Numbered from the stretch's first letter, positions 38,990 to 49,148 are shown. The stretch is 64,000 nt of DNA from Polyangia bacterium (GCA_050287845.1 JBNKCR010000129.1:7364-71363), one strand, 5' to 3'. Program-made: numbers and translations. The notes: generated by a model from the letters alone, not told the origin.

Positions 38990-41077
38990 ATGACACAGAA
39001 CAGAACGCAGACTGAAGAAAAGCACTATCTCGATACCATACAGGGCAAGCTGAAAACGGCCTATGCATCGCTGGACCATCGGGTGAACCGGTACGCAAAG
39101 GAAATCCAGGAGCAGAAAACATATCTGTGGGAGCAGCGCAGCGACATGGATCATGCGGAAAAGGTCTCTTCGAGGCAGGCAGCGCTGCAGATGGTTCGGA
39201 GCGGAGAAATGGCGCAGAAAAGCCAGTCCCGGATAGCCCGGCTGATTCAGTCGCCCTGGTTCGGTCGAATCGATTTCAGACGCACGCCATCCGCCGATTC
39301 GTCGCGAATGATATATGTGGGAGTTCACTCCTTCTCCGACGATGACACTGGCAATATTTTCATCCACGACTGGCGCGCCCCCGTGTCCACCATGTTTTAC
39401 GACTTTGAACTCGGTCCGGCCCGATACGATTCTCCGGACGGCCTGATTGACGGAGAGCTCACCCTGAAACGTCAGTTTCGAATTCGCAACGGCGAAATGG
39501 AGTTCATGCTCGAAAGCGGGCTGAACATCATGGATGACGTTCTCCAGGAGGAACTCAGTCGCACATCGGATGAGCGGATGAAAAACATTGTGGCCACCAT
39601 TCAGCGGGATCAGAATGCCATCATTCGAAACGAAGACGCCGACGTGCTGATTATTCAGGGGGTTGCCGGGTCGGGGAAAACATCCATTGCCCTTCACCGG
39701 ATAGCGTTTCTTCTTTATCGTCACCGGGAGACATTATCATCGAAAGATATCCTCATTATTTCACCCAATCGGGTGTTCGGGGATTTTATCGCCAACGTGC
39801 TGCCGGAATTGGGCGAAGAACAGATCGCGGAGCTGGGTATGGACGACCTCGCCGACGAGCTGCTGGAGCGCAAAATAAAGTTTCAGACTTTTTTTGAAGA
39901 AACCCTGGCCCTGATGGAAAAAGGCGATGATGCGCTGCGGCAACGCATTGCGGCGAAATCAACGGTGGACTTCATCCGAAAGCTCGACGCGTATATCGCC
40001 CATGTGGAATCCACCCGTTTCGCGGCCACGGATGTATGGATTGGCAACTATGCGGTGCCCGCCTGGGTTGTCGAGCAGGCTTTCAGCAAGCGGCCGGATC
40101 TTCCGCTGACAAAGCGAATCGGATGGGCGGCAGAAGTGGTGGTGCACGAAGTCTGGGTGAAGTACCGGTATGAAGTCCCGGCGAAGGAGCGGGCGCAGCT
40201 CAAACGGGATATTGGCAAAATGGTTAAAAAATCGACGTTGCGGGCCCTGTACAGGGAATTCTTCGCCTGGCAGGGGAGGCCGGAGCTGTTCAAAGCGGGG
40301 CCTCGGGGGAAGTTGGAACACGCGGACGTGTATCCGTTGATATATCTGAAAATAAAAGTGGAAGGCATTTCTTTGCCCTATCCGCAAATCAGACATCTGC
40401 TGGTGGATGAAATGCAGGATTATACACCGGTGCAGTATGCGGTACTCGGCAAACTGTTTTCGTGTGCCAAAACGATTCTCGGCGATTCGTCCCAATCTGT
40501 GAATCCCTACAGCTCGTCGAAATCAGAAACCATCGGCGAGGTGTTTGCGTCTGCTGAATGTGTGCAGCTCCAGAAGAGTTATCGGTCCAGCTATGAAATT
40601 ACCCGGTTCGCCGGCGCCATGTTTCCGGACTTGAATATCGAAGCGATTGAGCGCCACGGTGAATCGCCGAATGTGCGGCCGTGCAAATCCCGGAAAGAGG
40701 AGATGGACACCATACAGACAGAGCTCCGTCACTTTAAACAGGGGAGCGCACGAACTATTGGCGTCATCTGTAAAAGCCAGAAACAGGCGCAGAAACTGTA
40801 TAGCGAAATTGTAACGAATTTTCCCGAGGCGCAATTGCTCACGGAAAAAAGCAATGCATTCAAAAAAGGTATCATCGTTGCGGCGGTGCACATGTCAAAG
40901 GGACTCGAATTCGACGAGGTGCTGCTGCCCAATGCATCTGCCGAAAATTATGGCAATCGGATGGATCGTCATCTGCTGTACGTGGCCACGACGCGGGCCA
41001 TGCACCGACTGACCCTGACGTACTCCGGATTGCCATCTCCCTTTATTCCCGAACCACCGCTGAACGAATCAGAGTAG
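38990..41077 (+). CDS. HelD-like UvrD-family helicase, second paralog
   Basis: 695 aa; IHDWRAPVSTMFY motif; Walker A GVAGSGKTSIALHRIAFL; C-terminal LLYVATTRA. Confidence 0.75.
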   Translation: MTQNRTQTEEKHYLDTIQGKLKTAYASLDHRVNRYAKEIQEQKTYLWEQRSDMDHAEKVSSRQAALQMVRSGEMAQKSQSRIARLIQSPWFGRIDFRRTPSADSSRMIYVGVHSFSDDDTGNIFIHDWRAPVSTMFYDFELGPARYDSPDGLIDGELTLKRQFRIRNGEMEFMLESGLNIMDDVLQEELSRTSDERMKNIVATIQRDQNAIIRNEDADVLIIQGVAGSGKTSIALHRIAFLLYRHRETLSSKDILIISPNRVFGDFIANVLPELGEEQIAELGMDDLADELLERKIKFQTFFEETLALMEKGDDALRQRIAAKSTVDFIRKLDAYIAHVESTRFAATDVWIGNYAVPAWVVEQAFSKRPDLPLTKRIGWAAEVVVHEVWVKYRYEVPAKERAQLKRDIGKMVKKSTLRALYREFFAWQGRPELFKAGPRGKLEHADVYPLIYLKIKVEGISLPYPQIRHLLVDEMQDYTPVQYAVLGKLFSCAKTILGDSSQSVNPYSSSKSETIGEVFASAECVQLQKSYRSSYEITRFAGAMFPDLNIEAIERHGESPNVRPCKSRKEEMDTIQTELRHFKQGSARTIGVICKSQKQAQKLYSEIVTNFPEAQLLTEKSNAFKKGIIVAAVHMSKGLEFDEVLLPNASAENYGNRMDRHLLYVATTRAMHRLTLTYSGLPSPFIPEPPLNESE

Positions 41078-41394
41078 TAGATTCTGTATATGTTCTTGCC
41101 ATCGTAAGCCCGCCGGAACAGCGGTCGGCCCACCCAGGGCAGTACAAATATAAATTTTTTATTCGATTGGAAAATATCTCATTCAATGGGACGATAGAGT
41201 GACGATTCGCAAAAAATAAACTACCGACTCCACAAAATGAAAAAAATGGTGTACATGAGGATTACGTTGCTGATTTATGCGAAAAAATCATCACATCCCT
41301 ACCGGCATTCTGCTTTAAGCTGCGCTGGTTAGATTACGTTACTCACATATCTGAAGCTTTTGTATCAGACATTGACCCCGGGCAATTTGGAGGA

Positions 41395-42747
41395 ATGACT
41401 ATGGATAAATTTTTTGAAACACTCAGTAGAGAAGTCAGGGAGAACGATGCCATTTCGAATGATATGTTCAAGAAGTTCAATGTCAAACGGGGGCTGCGCA
41501 ACGAAGATGGCAGTGGCGTGCTGGTGGGTCTTACGGAAATCTCAAGTGTTATGGGGTATACGAAATACGACGAGGAAGTAGTTCCTGTTGAAGGCCGTCT
41601 GTTCTATCGGGGATTCGATGTGAAAGACCTTGTTACCCTCGATGTCGAGCTTCAGGCGAAGCATTCTCTTTTCGAAGAAACGGCATATCTTCTTCTGGCG
41701 GGCAAACTTCCAGATCAGAAGGAACTTGCGTATTTCCGTCAATTGCTGGCATCCAATCGCAGATTGCCGAAAAATTTTGTGCGGGATCAGCTCTCCACAT
41801 TCCGGACGCCTGATATTATGAACGCACTGGCACGTTCGGTGCTCACTCTGTATATGTCGGATTCAAACCCGGACGACACAGCTCTTGACAATCTGCTTCG
41901 GCAGTCGGTGGAGCTGATTGCCAAAGTGCCATCCATTGTGGCCTATGCGTATCGGGTGTATCTGGAAGCTTTCAAACAGCAGAGTCTGATTATTCACAAA
42001 TCGAATCCGGAATACACCACCGCGGAGAACTTCCTGCATCTGATTCGAGATAACGGTCAGTTCACCGATACCGAAGCCCGGGTTCTCGATACGGCCCTGG
42101 TGCTGCATGCCGACCACGGTGGCGGAAACAACTCCACGTTTGCCGCGCGGGTTGTCACGTCCAGTGGCACGGACACCTACTCGGCCATCGCCGCAGCGCT
42201 TGGTTCGTTGAAAGGGCCTCTGCATGGTGGCGCCAATCTCTACGTGATGAAAATGATGGACAGTATTAAAGCCGATGTATCGGACTGGAATGACAACGAG
42301 CAGCTGCGCAGTTACATCCTGAAAATATTGAATGGAGAGGTGGGGAACGGCTCCGGAAAGGTTTATGGATTCGGGCATGCCGTGTATACCCTGAGCGATC
42401 CCAGAGCCAAAATCCTTAAACAATACGCTGAACAACTGGCCAATGAGAAAAATCGAACCGAGGAATTTGCGCTGTATGCCAAGTTGGAAGAAATTGTCCC
42501 CGAGGCATTTGCCGAGTTTAAGGGCGGCGGGAAAGTGGTGGCTCCGAACGTGGATTTCTACAGCGGATTTGTGTACGACTGCATGGGGATTCCAAGGGAA
42601 GTATATACCCCTCTGTTTGCCATGGCGCGCGTCGCAGGCTGGGTGTCCCATCGCATAGAGGAAATACTGGTTCAGCGGCGCATCATGCGTCCCGCTTACA
42701 AAAACGTCACGACCATCCGAACTCATACGCCGCTCAATAAACGATAG
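41395..42747 (+). CDS. citrate synthase (or 2-methylcitrate synthase)
   Basis: 450 aa; signature GFGHAVY and HADHGGGNNSTF active-site region; ADHEG-type catalytic His context. Confidence 0.85.
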   Translation: MTMDKFFETLSREVRENDAISNDMFKKFNVKRGLRNEDGSGVLVGLTEISSVMGYTKYDEEVVPVEGRLFYRGFDVKDLVTLDVELQAKHSLFEETAYLLLAGKLPDQKELAYFRQLLASNRRLPKNFVRDQLSTFRTPDIMNALARSVLTLYMSDSNPDDTALDNLLRQSVELIAKVPSIVAYAYRVYLEAFKQQSLIIHKSNPEYTTAENFLHLIRDNGQFTDTEARVLDTALVLHADHGGGNNSTFAARVVTSSGTDTYSAIAAALGSLKGPLHGGANLYVMKMMDSIKADVSDWNDNEQLRSYILKILNGEVGNGSGKVYGFGHAVYTLSDPRAKILKQYAEQLANEKNRTEEFALYAKLEEIVPEAFAEFKGGGKVVAPNVDFYSGFVYDCMGIPREVYTPLFAMARVAGWVSHRIEEILVQRRIMRPAYKNVTTIRTHTPLNKR

Positions 42748-43144
42748 ACTCAATCAATTCAGAATCCGCTCGTCTGGCCCGGTTTGGGGCGTCACAATCA
42801 TCGGTTCACTTTCTGTTGAAAAAATAGCGGCAACGTACAATCAGGTTTCTGCATACTCCATGCAGCAGTTTTCGGATAACTTTCCCGTGAATTGCCACCT
42901 GCATTCAGCTTTCGCACACCCTGTAAAAAGCACAGTGCACGATACAGATAGTCTGGGCTTCAATTGTAAAACACTTTTTTTAATTTGCAGGCCCATCCGG
43001 AGTGTGACTGGCATTTCCTGTGCAATGAACACGAACATACTCTTTGCCGGCGAGGAAACCGGGATGCGTTCCGTTTTTGCAGCGCGTCTCAAACAAACAC
43101 TTTTACATTTCCTTAACTATGGGGAAAGACCAGGAGAAAGAATT

Positions 43145-43807
43145 ATGAAAAGAAGAAGTATTTTTGCATTGGTATTGTCGACGATTCTGTCATTTTCAGC
43201 ATTGGCTTCTGCACAGGAAATTATTCCGTCGTTTCAACTTCGTCTCGACAATGAAATTTATCCCATGACTCAGAGTGACCCACAAAGTGAGCCACAGACA
43301 TGGACCGCCGTGTTTTATCTGAACGAGGAGGAAGCTGAGCGAAATGAAGGGGTTCAGGCCAATATTGACTTCCAGATTGGGGATTTGACAGGGGGCACCA
43401 GCTGGTCCTATTGCTACTATCTGGAGGAGAATGTTTCCGTTCCCGAAACCGGACTGATTACAGAGAAAGGTGATATCAATCAGGTGCCTTTCCGCCTGTC
43501 TGCGGACGACCAGATTCCGGGCCGGTACAAAGCAGTACTTAACGCCAGTAGCGGTGCCATCGATTTCACATATCTGGATGAAGGCACCCTGGGAGACGTG
43601 AACCTTGATGGGGTTGTGGATATCGTAGATTCGCTGCTGATTTCTCAGGACTACGTCCACACCCCCATTACCTCTACCTACGAAACGGATCTTGCGGATG
43701 TTAATTGTGATGGAAGCGTGAATGTCGTTGATTCATTGCTGATTGCCCAGGCGTACGTTCAGGTTCAAAGCGCCATCGACACAATCGCGGAATGTGCCGC
43801 CAACTGA
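43145..43807 (+). CDS. secreted protein with C-terminal dockerin-type tandem repeat
   Basis: Start at MKRRSIFALVLSTILSFSALASA (signal peptide, GGAGAAAG RBS upstream; ORF opens at 42860). C-terminus has two Ca-binding-loop-like repeats, DVNLDGVVDIVDSLLISQDYV and DVNCDGSVNVVDSLLIAQAYV. Confidence 0.7.
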   Translation: MKRRSIFALVLSTILSFSALASAQEIIPSFQLRLDNEIYPMTQSDPQSEPQTWTAVFYLNEEEAERNEGVQANIDFQIGDLTGGTSWSYCYYLEENVSVPETGLITEKGDINQVPFRLSADDQIPGRYKAVLNASSGAIDFTYLDEGTLGDVNLDGVVDIVDSLLISQDYVHTPITSTYETDLADVNCDGSVNVVDSLLIAQAYVQVQSAIDTIAECAAN

Positions 43808-44002
43808 AGCGCTGACCACTTAACTCTCCATTTTGATTCGCCTGACCCCGTTTTCTCAATACAATTGAAGCTGACGTTATCAGATGCAGAAATGCGCAGT
43901 CAGTGCCACCAAACAAAATCATTCCGAGCGTATGTGTTGGGGCACTGATGGGAGCAAAGGTGTGGGCGTTCCCACAGCGCATGACGAGGGAAAAAATGGG
44001 GG

Positions 44003-45199
44003 TCAGAACTGGGAGAAAAACGCCCATGTATCAGCGGGAACCCAGGAAGACGCGCCTCCCGGCGTTGGTGTGTTGCCACCGACGAAGATGCAGGCCCGTA
44101 CGGGGTACCCCTGTTGGCAACCTTCGAAATCAACGCACTCCGGTGTATTACCGCTACTATCAGTGGGGTCGGGCATGGCCTCGGCAAATGCATCCCGGCC
44201 CATGCCCGGGTCCGGCGCTATGCACCCGTTTGTCTTCGCAAAATCCTGCAGCGGTGGTACGCCGTACCCCGGATATTTGCAGACACTGTCGTTGATGCCA
44301 TGGGTCATATAATAGGCAACGGGACTGCTGTGCTGCTCGCAGCCACTCATTGGGCCCCCGGAATGAGCCGCAACCGCGCGAATCACATCCCCCATGGCGC
44401 AGGCCATGGCATAGGACATGGAACCGCCCATACTGAAACCCTCGCAGAAAATGCGCGATTTATCGATGCAAAGTTCGTCCTCCATTTTTGAGATCAGCTG
44501 ACGGGAAAATTCGACATCATCCCCATTGCGGTTCCACCAGGCATTGTTCAGCCCCTGGGGGGCGACAAAAATCGTACTCCCCTCGGCCAGATTCCATAGA
44601 CCATAATAGGAGCCCTGACTGACCCAATCCGACGTTTCGCCCATCGAATGATACGCCATCATTAAACGATATGGTTTATTGTTGTCGTAATCATCCGGAA
44701 TCTTGAGGTTGTATGAGCGGCTTGAGCCCGAGACATCTATGGATAGTCCGTTTCCACTCGAAAGCGTCGATGTTTTCCCGCAGCCGGCGCTTTTGTCGGG
44801 ATCACCATCTGTATCGGTATCCGTGTCGGTAACCATTTCCGTTTCCGTTTCCGTTTCCGTTTCCGTTTCCGTTTCCGTTTCCGTGTCCGTGTCGGTATCG
44901 GTATCGGTATCGGTGTCTGAACCCGTGTCGGAATCCGAATCAGAGTCTGAATCCGTGTCGGAGTCTGAATCCGTGTCGGAGTCGGAATCCGTGTCGGAGT
45001 CGGTATCCGAATCTGTATCTGTATCTGTATCGGAATTGGTATCGGTAGCTGTATCGGTATCCGAATTTGAATCGGCATCACTGCTGTTGATGTCACTAGT
45101 CTTATCTTGATTGACTAGTTCTGTATCGACGCACGTTGCCAGGGCAAATGAGATAATCATCAGAAAAAACAGATGTTTCCAGTCAGATATGCAATCCAT
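44003..45199 (-). CDS. secreted esterase (PHB-depolymerase / feruloyl-esterase-like alpha/beta hydrolase) with Asp-Thr/Asp-Ser/Glu-Thr repeat linker
   Basis: Start at MDCISDWKHLFFLMIISFALATC (signal peptide; ORF opens at 45298); about 100-aa acidic repeat tract; catalytic domain with GFSMGGSMSYAMACAMGD nucleophile elbow and several Cys. Confidence 0.75.
   Translation of the reverse strand: MDCISDWKHLFFLMIISFALATCVDTELVNQDKTSDINSSDADSNSDTDTATDTNSDTDTDTDSDTDSDTDSDSDTDSDSDTDSDSDSDSDTGSDTDTDTDTDTDTETETETETETETETEMVTDTDTDTDGDPDKSAGCGKTSTLSSGNGLSIDVSGSSRSYNLKIPDDYDNNKPYRLMMAYHSMGETSDWVSQGSYYGLWNLAEGSTIFVAPQGLNNAWWNRNGDDVEFSRQLISKMEDELCIDKSRIFCEGFSMGGSMSYAMACAMGDVIRAVAAHSGGPMSGCEQHSSPVAYYMTHGINDSVCKYPGYGVPPLQDFAKTNGCIAPDPGMGRDAFAEAMPDPTDSSGNTPECVDFEGCQQGYPVRACIFVGGNTPTPGGASSWVPADTWAFFSQF
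44797..45094 (-). repeat. coding hexanucleotide microsatellite encoding (D-T/D-S/E-T)n
   Basis: Runs of gtatcggtatcggtgtc and gtttccgtttccgtttcc units on the plus strand inside the esterase gene. Confidence 0.8.
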
Positions 45200-45378
45200 A
45201 AAAAGTCTCCCTTCTTCGGTAAACCCTCTAACCGCAACAGAACTTCGCTGCGGTGATGTATTCTCCCGCTGTCTCGGTAGGTTGCCGTGCCAATACAAAG
45301 TGTTGAGGAGAAGGAGAAATGGGTTGGGATATCTGAACTATCGGCGGATGTCAAGATAGTTGTCGCATGAGTGTTGCA

Positions 45379-46224
45379 TCATGCGGCCTCCTTAATTGAG
45401 ACTTTTGCCGGATTGAGGGACACCGTTTCTACCGGGATCCAGTTTCGTGTTTTTCCAGTCCAACGGTTTGGTTCTTTTTGTTTTGCACTCTCATAAACCA
45501 AATGTCGTTGACGCAAAATTTCTTTATCATCACCATTATGGCGCGCCTCGGGGGTAACGAAGCGGATGCCGCTGTGTAAGTGTTTTGTATTGTACCAAAT
45601 CACAAATTTCTCCATCCAGCGCCTTGCTGAATCGATGGATTCAAACGGCTTGTGAGGGTATTCTGGTCTGTACTTTAATGTTCTGAAGATTGACTCGGAA
45701 TAGGGGTTATTATCGCTTACTCCCGGGCGACTGAAAGATGCCATCACGCCAGGCTGGTCAAGTGTCGCAAGCATTGTGGCGCCTTTCATCGGGCCGCCGT
45801 TGTCTGAATGCAAAGAAAGCTGATTTGCATCTACACCATTGGCGTCAATAATCTGGACAATCATGGCAGATGAAATTTCCATACACTCACGGTCGTGAAT
45901 TTCCCATCCAATAATCTTTCTGCTCCAAACGGCCAGCACAAGATACGGATAATAAAACGTTCCTCTGACCGCTGCAGGCAAGTACGAAATATCCCAACTC
46001 CACACCTGATTGGGGCCCGTTGCCAAAAGTTCATCGGGTCGATTGTGCGTTGCGGGTTTTGAGGATTCTCGATGTTGCTGTTGTCCCTCCTCACGAAGAA
46101 TCCGATACATGGGAGACTCGGATGCCACGTACACGCCGCTATCAGCCAACCTGGGTACAATTTGATAGTTCCCTTGAAGGGTTGACCGATACGCCCAAAG
46201 AAGCGCTGACAATGGGCATCGCAT
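45379..46224 (-). mobile_element. IS3-family transposase remnant (OrfB integrase-core part only; OrfA and the 5-prime part missing)
   Basis: Integrase-core (rve) signature PNQVWSWDISYLP...YYPYLVLAVWSRKIIGWEI and the DDE region; no HTH OrfA frame upstream; transposase-like similarity starts only about 30 codons into the ORF. Confidence 0.7.
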
Positions 46225-46439
46225 CTATTCTTGACGCAAAAGAAATCGCGATGCTGGCCATTGGAAAACACAAATCGAAGATTCTTCAGCGGATAGTTGA
46301 GTCACCCCCTTCAATAATGGTACCGGCATCTTTTCTCTTTTCGCACCCTCAGACAGTTATTTTCGCAGACAGTGCAGCCGGCCAACTTCTCGATCGACAA
46401 CGCGCTGACGTGACCTGGTTTCCATCCCCTCTGAAGTAA
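46130..46439 (+). pseudogene. glucosamine-6-phosphate deaminase (NagB/6-phosphogluconolactonase family) 3-prime fragment
   Basis: C-terminal about 80-100 aa (ALTMGIASILDAKEIAMLAIGKHKSKILQRIVE...SHPQTVIFADSAAGQL) parallels E. coli NagB residues about 185-250; no upstream two-thirds of the gene; abuts the IS3 remnant. Confidence 0.6.
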
Positions 46440-46575
46440 CACGTGAACAATTCTGACCAGTGTCGTATTGATGCCGCATCTAAAACGTTTCAGCGGAAGT
46501 GGTCAAGTAAGAGTCGAATATCCTTTTCGCCCTGATTGTCTGTGAAAGGCACTATAACCGGCTCTGAGAGTTCTG

Positions 46576-47448
46576 CTACATGTGCCTGGCGAACAGTTTG
46601 CTCATGGCATCCCGGGAGATGGGGGGCTGTTTTACGAGTGGTGTGGTCTCGATTTGGGGAATCCGGTCCTGGAAAGCGTTGCCGCTGTCATCGTGGTAAA
46701 AGAGCCCCACCGGAATCTCGTCGCCCCAGGCCATGGCTTTTTCAATGGCCCGGATGCGATCGTTGGTTGGATAATCCGGGTCATCGTTGATATTCACGAT
46801 GCGGTCTTTGTACCACTTGAAGGTGTTCACTTTGTTCATGCTCACACAGGGTTGGAGAATTTCGATGTAACTGAGGCCTCTGTGCTTCACGCCCATCTGA
46901 ATCAATTCGGACAGATGTTTGGTGTCGCCTGAAAAACTGCGCGCCACAAAACGACATCCAAGGGTCAGCGCCAGCGCCGGTCCGCGCAGGGGATACGATA
47001 TCACGCCACGGGGCTGAAGCCTGGTCTGCAGTCCCATGTCACTGGTGGGGGACGCCTGCCCCTGGGTCAATCCATAAATCTGATTGTTGTGAACCATCAG
47101 CGTCACATCAATGTCCCTGCGGAGGGTATGCAGAAAATGTCCGCCACCTTCACCATACATATCCCCATCCCCGGAGTTCAGGAGAATGGTCATATCTTCA
47201 TTGGCCAGCTTGGCGCCGGTGGCGGCAGGCAGTGCACGTCCATGAAGACCACAGTATGCGTTGGCCGTGATGTACTGGGGCAGCTTGGCTGCCTGACCGA
47301 TTCCAGCCATCATCATCACTTCGTGGGGTTCTTTGCCCAGCGCTTCCAGTGCGTCCTTTACGGCGGCAAGAATGCCAAAATCGCCGCAACCGGGGCACCA
47401 TGCGGTTTCTTTTACTGTACAGATATTGAACGATTTGCACTCACTCAT
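46576..47448 (-). CDS. 2-oxoacid:ferredoxin oxidoreductase, beta (TPP-binding) subunit
   Basis: 290 aa; N-terminal Cys cluster (CPGCGDFG); TPP-binding GDG motif (NSGDGDMYGEGGGH); overlaps the alpha gene stop/start. Confidence 0.85.
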   Translation of the reverse strand: MSECKSFNICTVKETAWCPGCGDFGILAAVKDALEALGKEPHEVMMMAGIGQAAKLPQYITANAYCGLHGRALPAATGAKLANEDMTILLNSGDGDMYGEGGGHFLHTLRRDIDVTLMVHNNQIYGLTQGQASPTSDMGLQTRLQPRGVISYPLRGPALALTLGCRFVARSFSGDTKHLSELIQMGVKHRGLSYIEILQPCVSMNKVNTFKWYKDRIVNINDDPDYPTNDRIRAIEKAMAWGDEIPVGLFYHDDSGNAFQDRIPQIETTPLVKQPPISRDAMSKLFARHM

Positions 47449-49148
47449 TTTACCACCTCCAGAACCGCTTCGGTCAGGTCTTCGACAATATAGGGCCGAC
47501 CATCGTATTTCGTCATGATTTCGGGCTTGATGCCGGTGCTCTGAGCGATGATGGCTGCCAGTTGACCCGTACTGTTGCCTTCCACCGAGATGATGCGTTT
47601 GCTTTTTTCAACCGCGCTGCTGAACTGTCTGGTTGGAAATGGCCAGATATCCGTGAGATGCACGTGATTGAGATGCACCCCCCGTTCTTTCAGAATGGCC
47701 ACGGACTCTGACAGGGTATCTCCAGTGGAACCCCAGCTGACCACTGCCACTTCAGCGTCCCTTGTGCCACTGGTCTGCACATTGTACGTGGCACTCAGTC
47801 GCGCGGTTTTCCGTGCGCGCTTTTCAACCATAGCCTTTCTGATTTTCGGATCATCCGTAATGTGGCCGGTCTCCACATGTTCGTGGCTGTCGGTGAGCAT
47901 CAGATGTTTGCTCTGCCCCGGGTACGCTCTGGGAGAAATGCCTGAATCCGTAATGGCATATCGTTTGTACTCAGTCATCTGAGACAGTGTTCTGGTTGAG
48001 ATCATCGACGTTTCTGTGGGAATCCGATCCAGATTGTACTGATCAACCGTGAAGAACGAATCCGCAATATGCTGGTCAGAAAGCACAATCACCGGAATCT
48101 GGTATCGGTCGGCGATATTGAATGCCCTTGCGGTGATGTAAAAAATATCTTCCGCGTTGGTGGCGGCCAGAACCGCCCGGGGGAAATCCCCATGGCCGGT
48201 GAACGTGGAGAAGAGCAGATCGGCTTGCTCCTGACGGGTGGGAAGCCCGGTTCCAGGACCGCCGCGCTGGCAGTTGACAATGACAAGAGGCACCTCTGAA
48301 ATACCGCAGAGGGAAATCGTTTCACTCATAAGCGCCATACCGCCACCGGATGTGGATGTCATGGCGCGAACGCCCGCCATGGACGCGCCCACTGCCTGAT
48401 TCACCGCGGCGATTTCGTCTTCTGCCTGTTCTGTGACGATGCCTGCAGTCACCTCGGCATTGGCCAGGTAGGTGATAATACCGGTGGAAGGCGACATGGG
48501 ATAGCAACTGATGAATTTCATGTTCGCCGAAAGCGCTCCCAGCGCAGCGGCTTCGTTTCCGTTGAGAAACAATCTGGATGGCGCGCCGTCAATGGTTGGA
48601 AGCGAACCCAGTCTGCCCGCATGGGCTTTTCCCCGGGTGTTGCCTTCCGCTGCCGCACCGATGTTACCGGCCGAGATGGTCTCGTCCCTGAAACGCTCCC
48701 TGAAAAGGGTATTGAGAAGTTCAATATCCAGACCAAGGACACCCAAAACGAATCCCACCGCTGCGGAGTTGGAGTAAATGGGCTTCTTTCCAGTCTCCAT
48801 CGCAATCTGTCTGAGTGGGACATCGATAATCCGGGGATCGGCGATGTTCGCCTTCAGTGTAGCATTGTCAACGATCGCAATGCCATCTTTGTGGAGCGCT
48901 TCAATGTCGCTCTCCATTTTTTCCCTGTCGAGGGTGACCAGTAAATCCACCTGCTTTTTCATCGCCCACACGGGGACATCGCTGATGCGCAGTTGAAAAA
49001 AGTTATGTCCGGCGCGAATTCGCGACTCTGAATCCTGCACGCCAAACACGTGGTAACCGGCCCGCACGCAGGCCTTTCCCAGCAGTTTTCCGGTACTCAG
49101 AAGTCCCTGTCCGGCTGCTCCAGCCAATCTGATATTAATGTCGGTCAT
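47445..49148 (-). CDS. 2-oxoacid:ferredoxin oxidoreductase, fused gamma-alpha subunit
   Basis: 567 aa; N-terminal gamma-type domain (LAGAAGQGLLSTGKLL) fused to an alpha-type domain (CYPMSPSTGI, GGPGTGLPT). Confidence 0.85.
   Translation of the reverse strand: MTDINIRLAGAAGQGLLSTGKLLGKACVRAGYHVFGVQDSESRIRAGHNFFQLRISDVPVWAMKKQVDLLVTLDREKMESDIEALHKDGIAIVDNATLKANIADPRIIDVPLRQIAMETGKKPIYSNSAAVGFVLGVLGLDIELLNTLFRERFRDETISAGNIGAAAEGNTRGKAHAGRLGSLPTIDGAPSRLFLNGNEAAALGALSANMKFISCYPMSPSTGIITYLANAEVTAGIVTEQAEDEIAAVNQAVGASMAGVRAMTSTSGGGMALMSETISLCGISEVPLVIVNCQRGGPGTGLPTRQEQADLLFSTFTGHGDFPRAVLAATNAEDIFYITARAFNIADRYQIPVIVLSDQHIADSFFTVDQYNLDRIPTETSMISTRTLSQMTEYKRYAITDSGISPRAYPGQSKHLMLTDSHEHVETGHITDDPKIRKAMVEKRARKTARLSATYNVQTSGTRDAEVAVVSWGSTGDTLSESVAILKERGVHLNHVHLTDIWPFPTRQFSSAVEKSKRIISVEGNSTGQLAAIIAQSTGIKPEIMTKYDGRPYIVEDLTEAVLEVVK

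Noticed and set aside
38876-39724. 282-aa reverse-strand ORF overlapping the start of the second HelD-like gene
   Set aside because: The forward frame has Walker A and HelD N-terminal motifs; the reverse ORF is uninformative.
41863-42753. 296-aa reverse-strand ORF inside the citrate synthase gene
   Set aside because: The forward frame has the citrate synthase signature GFGHAVY; the antisense frame has no motif.
44703-45110. Forward and reverse ORFs of 119-135 aa with SVSVSV or IPIPIQ repeats
   Set aside because: Alternative frames of the esterase 2 microsatellite; same reasoning.
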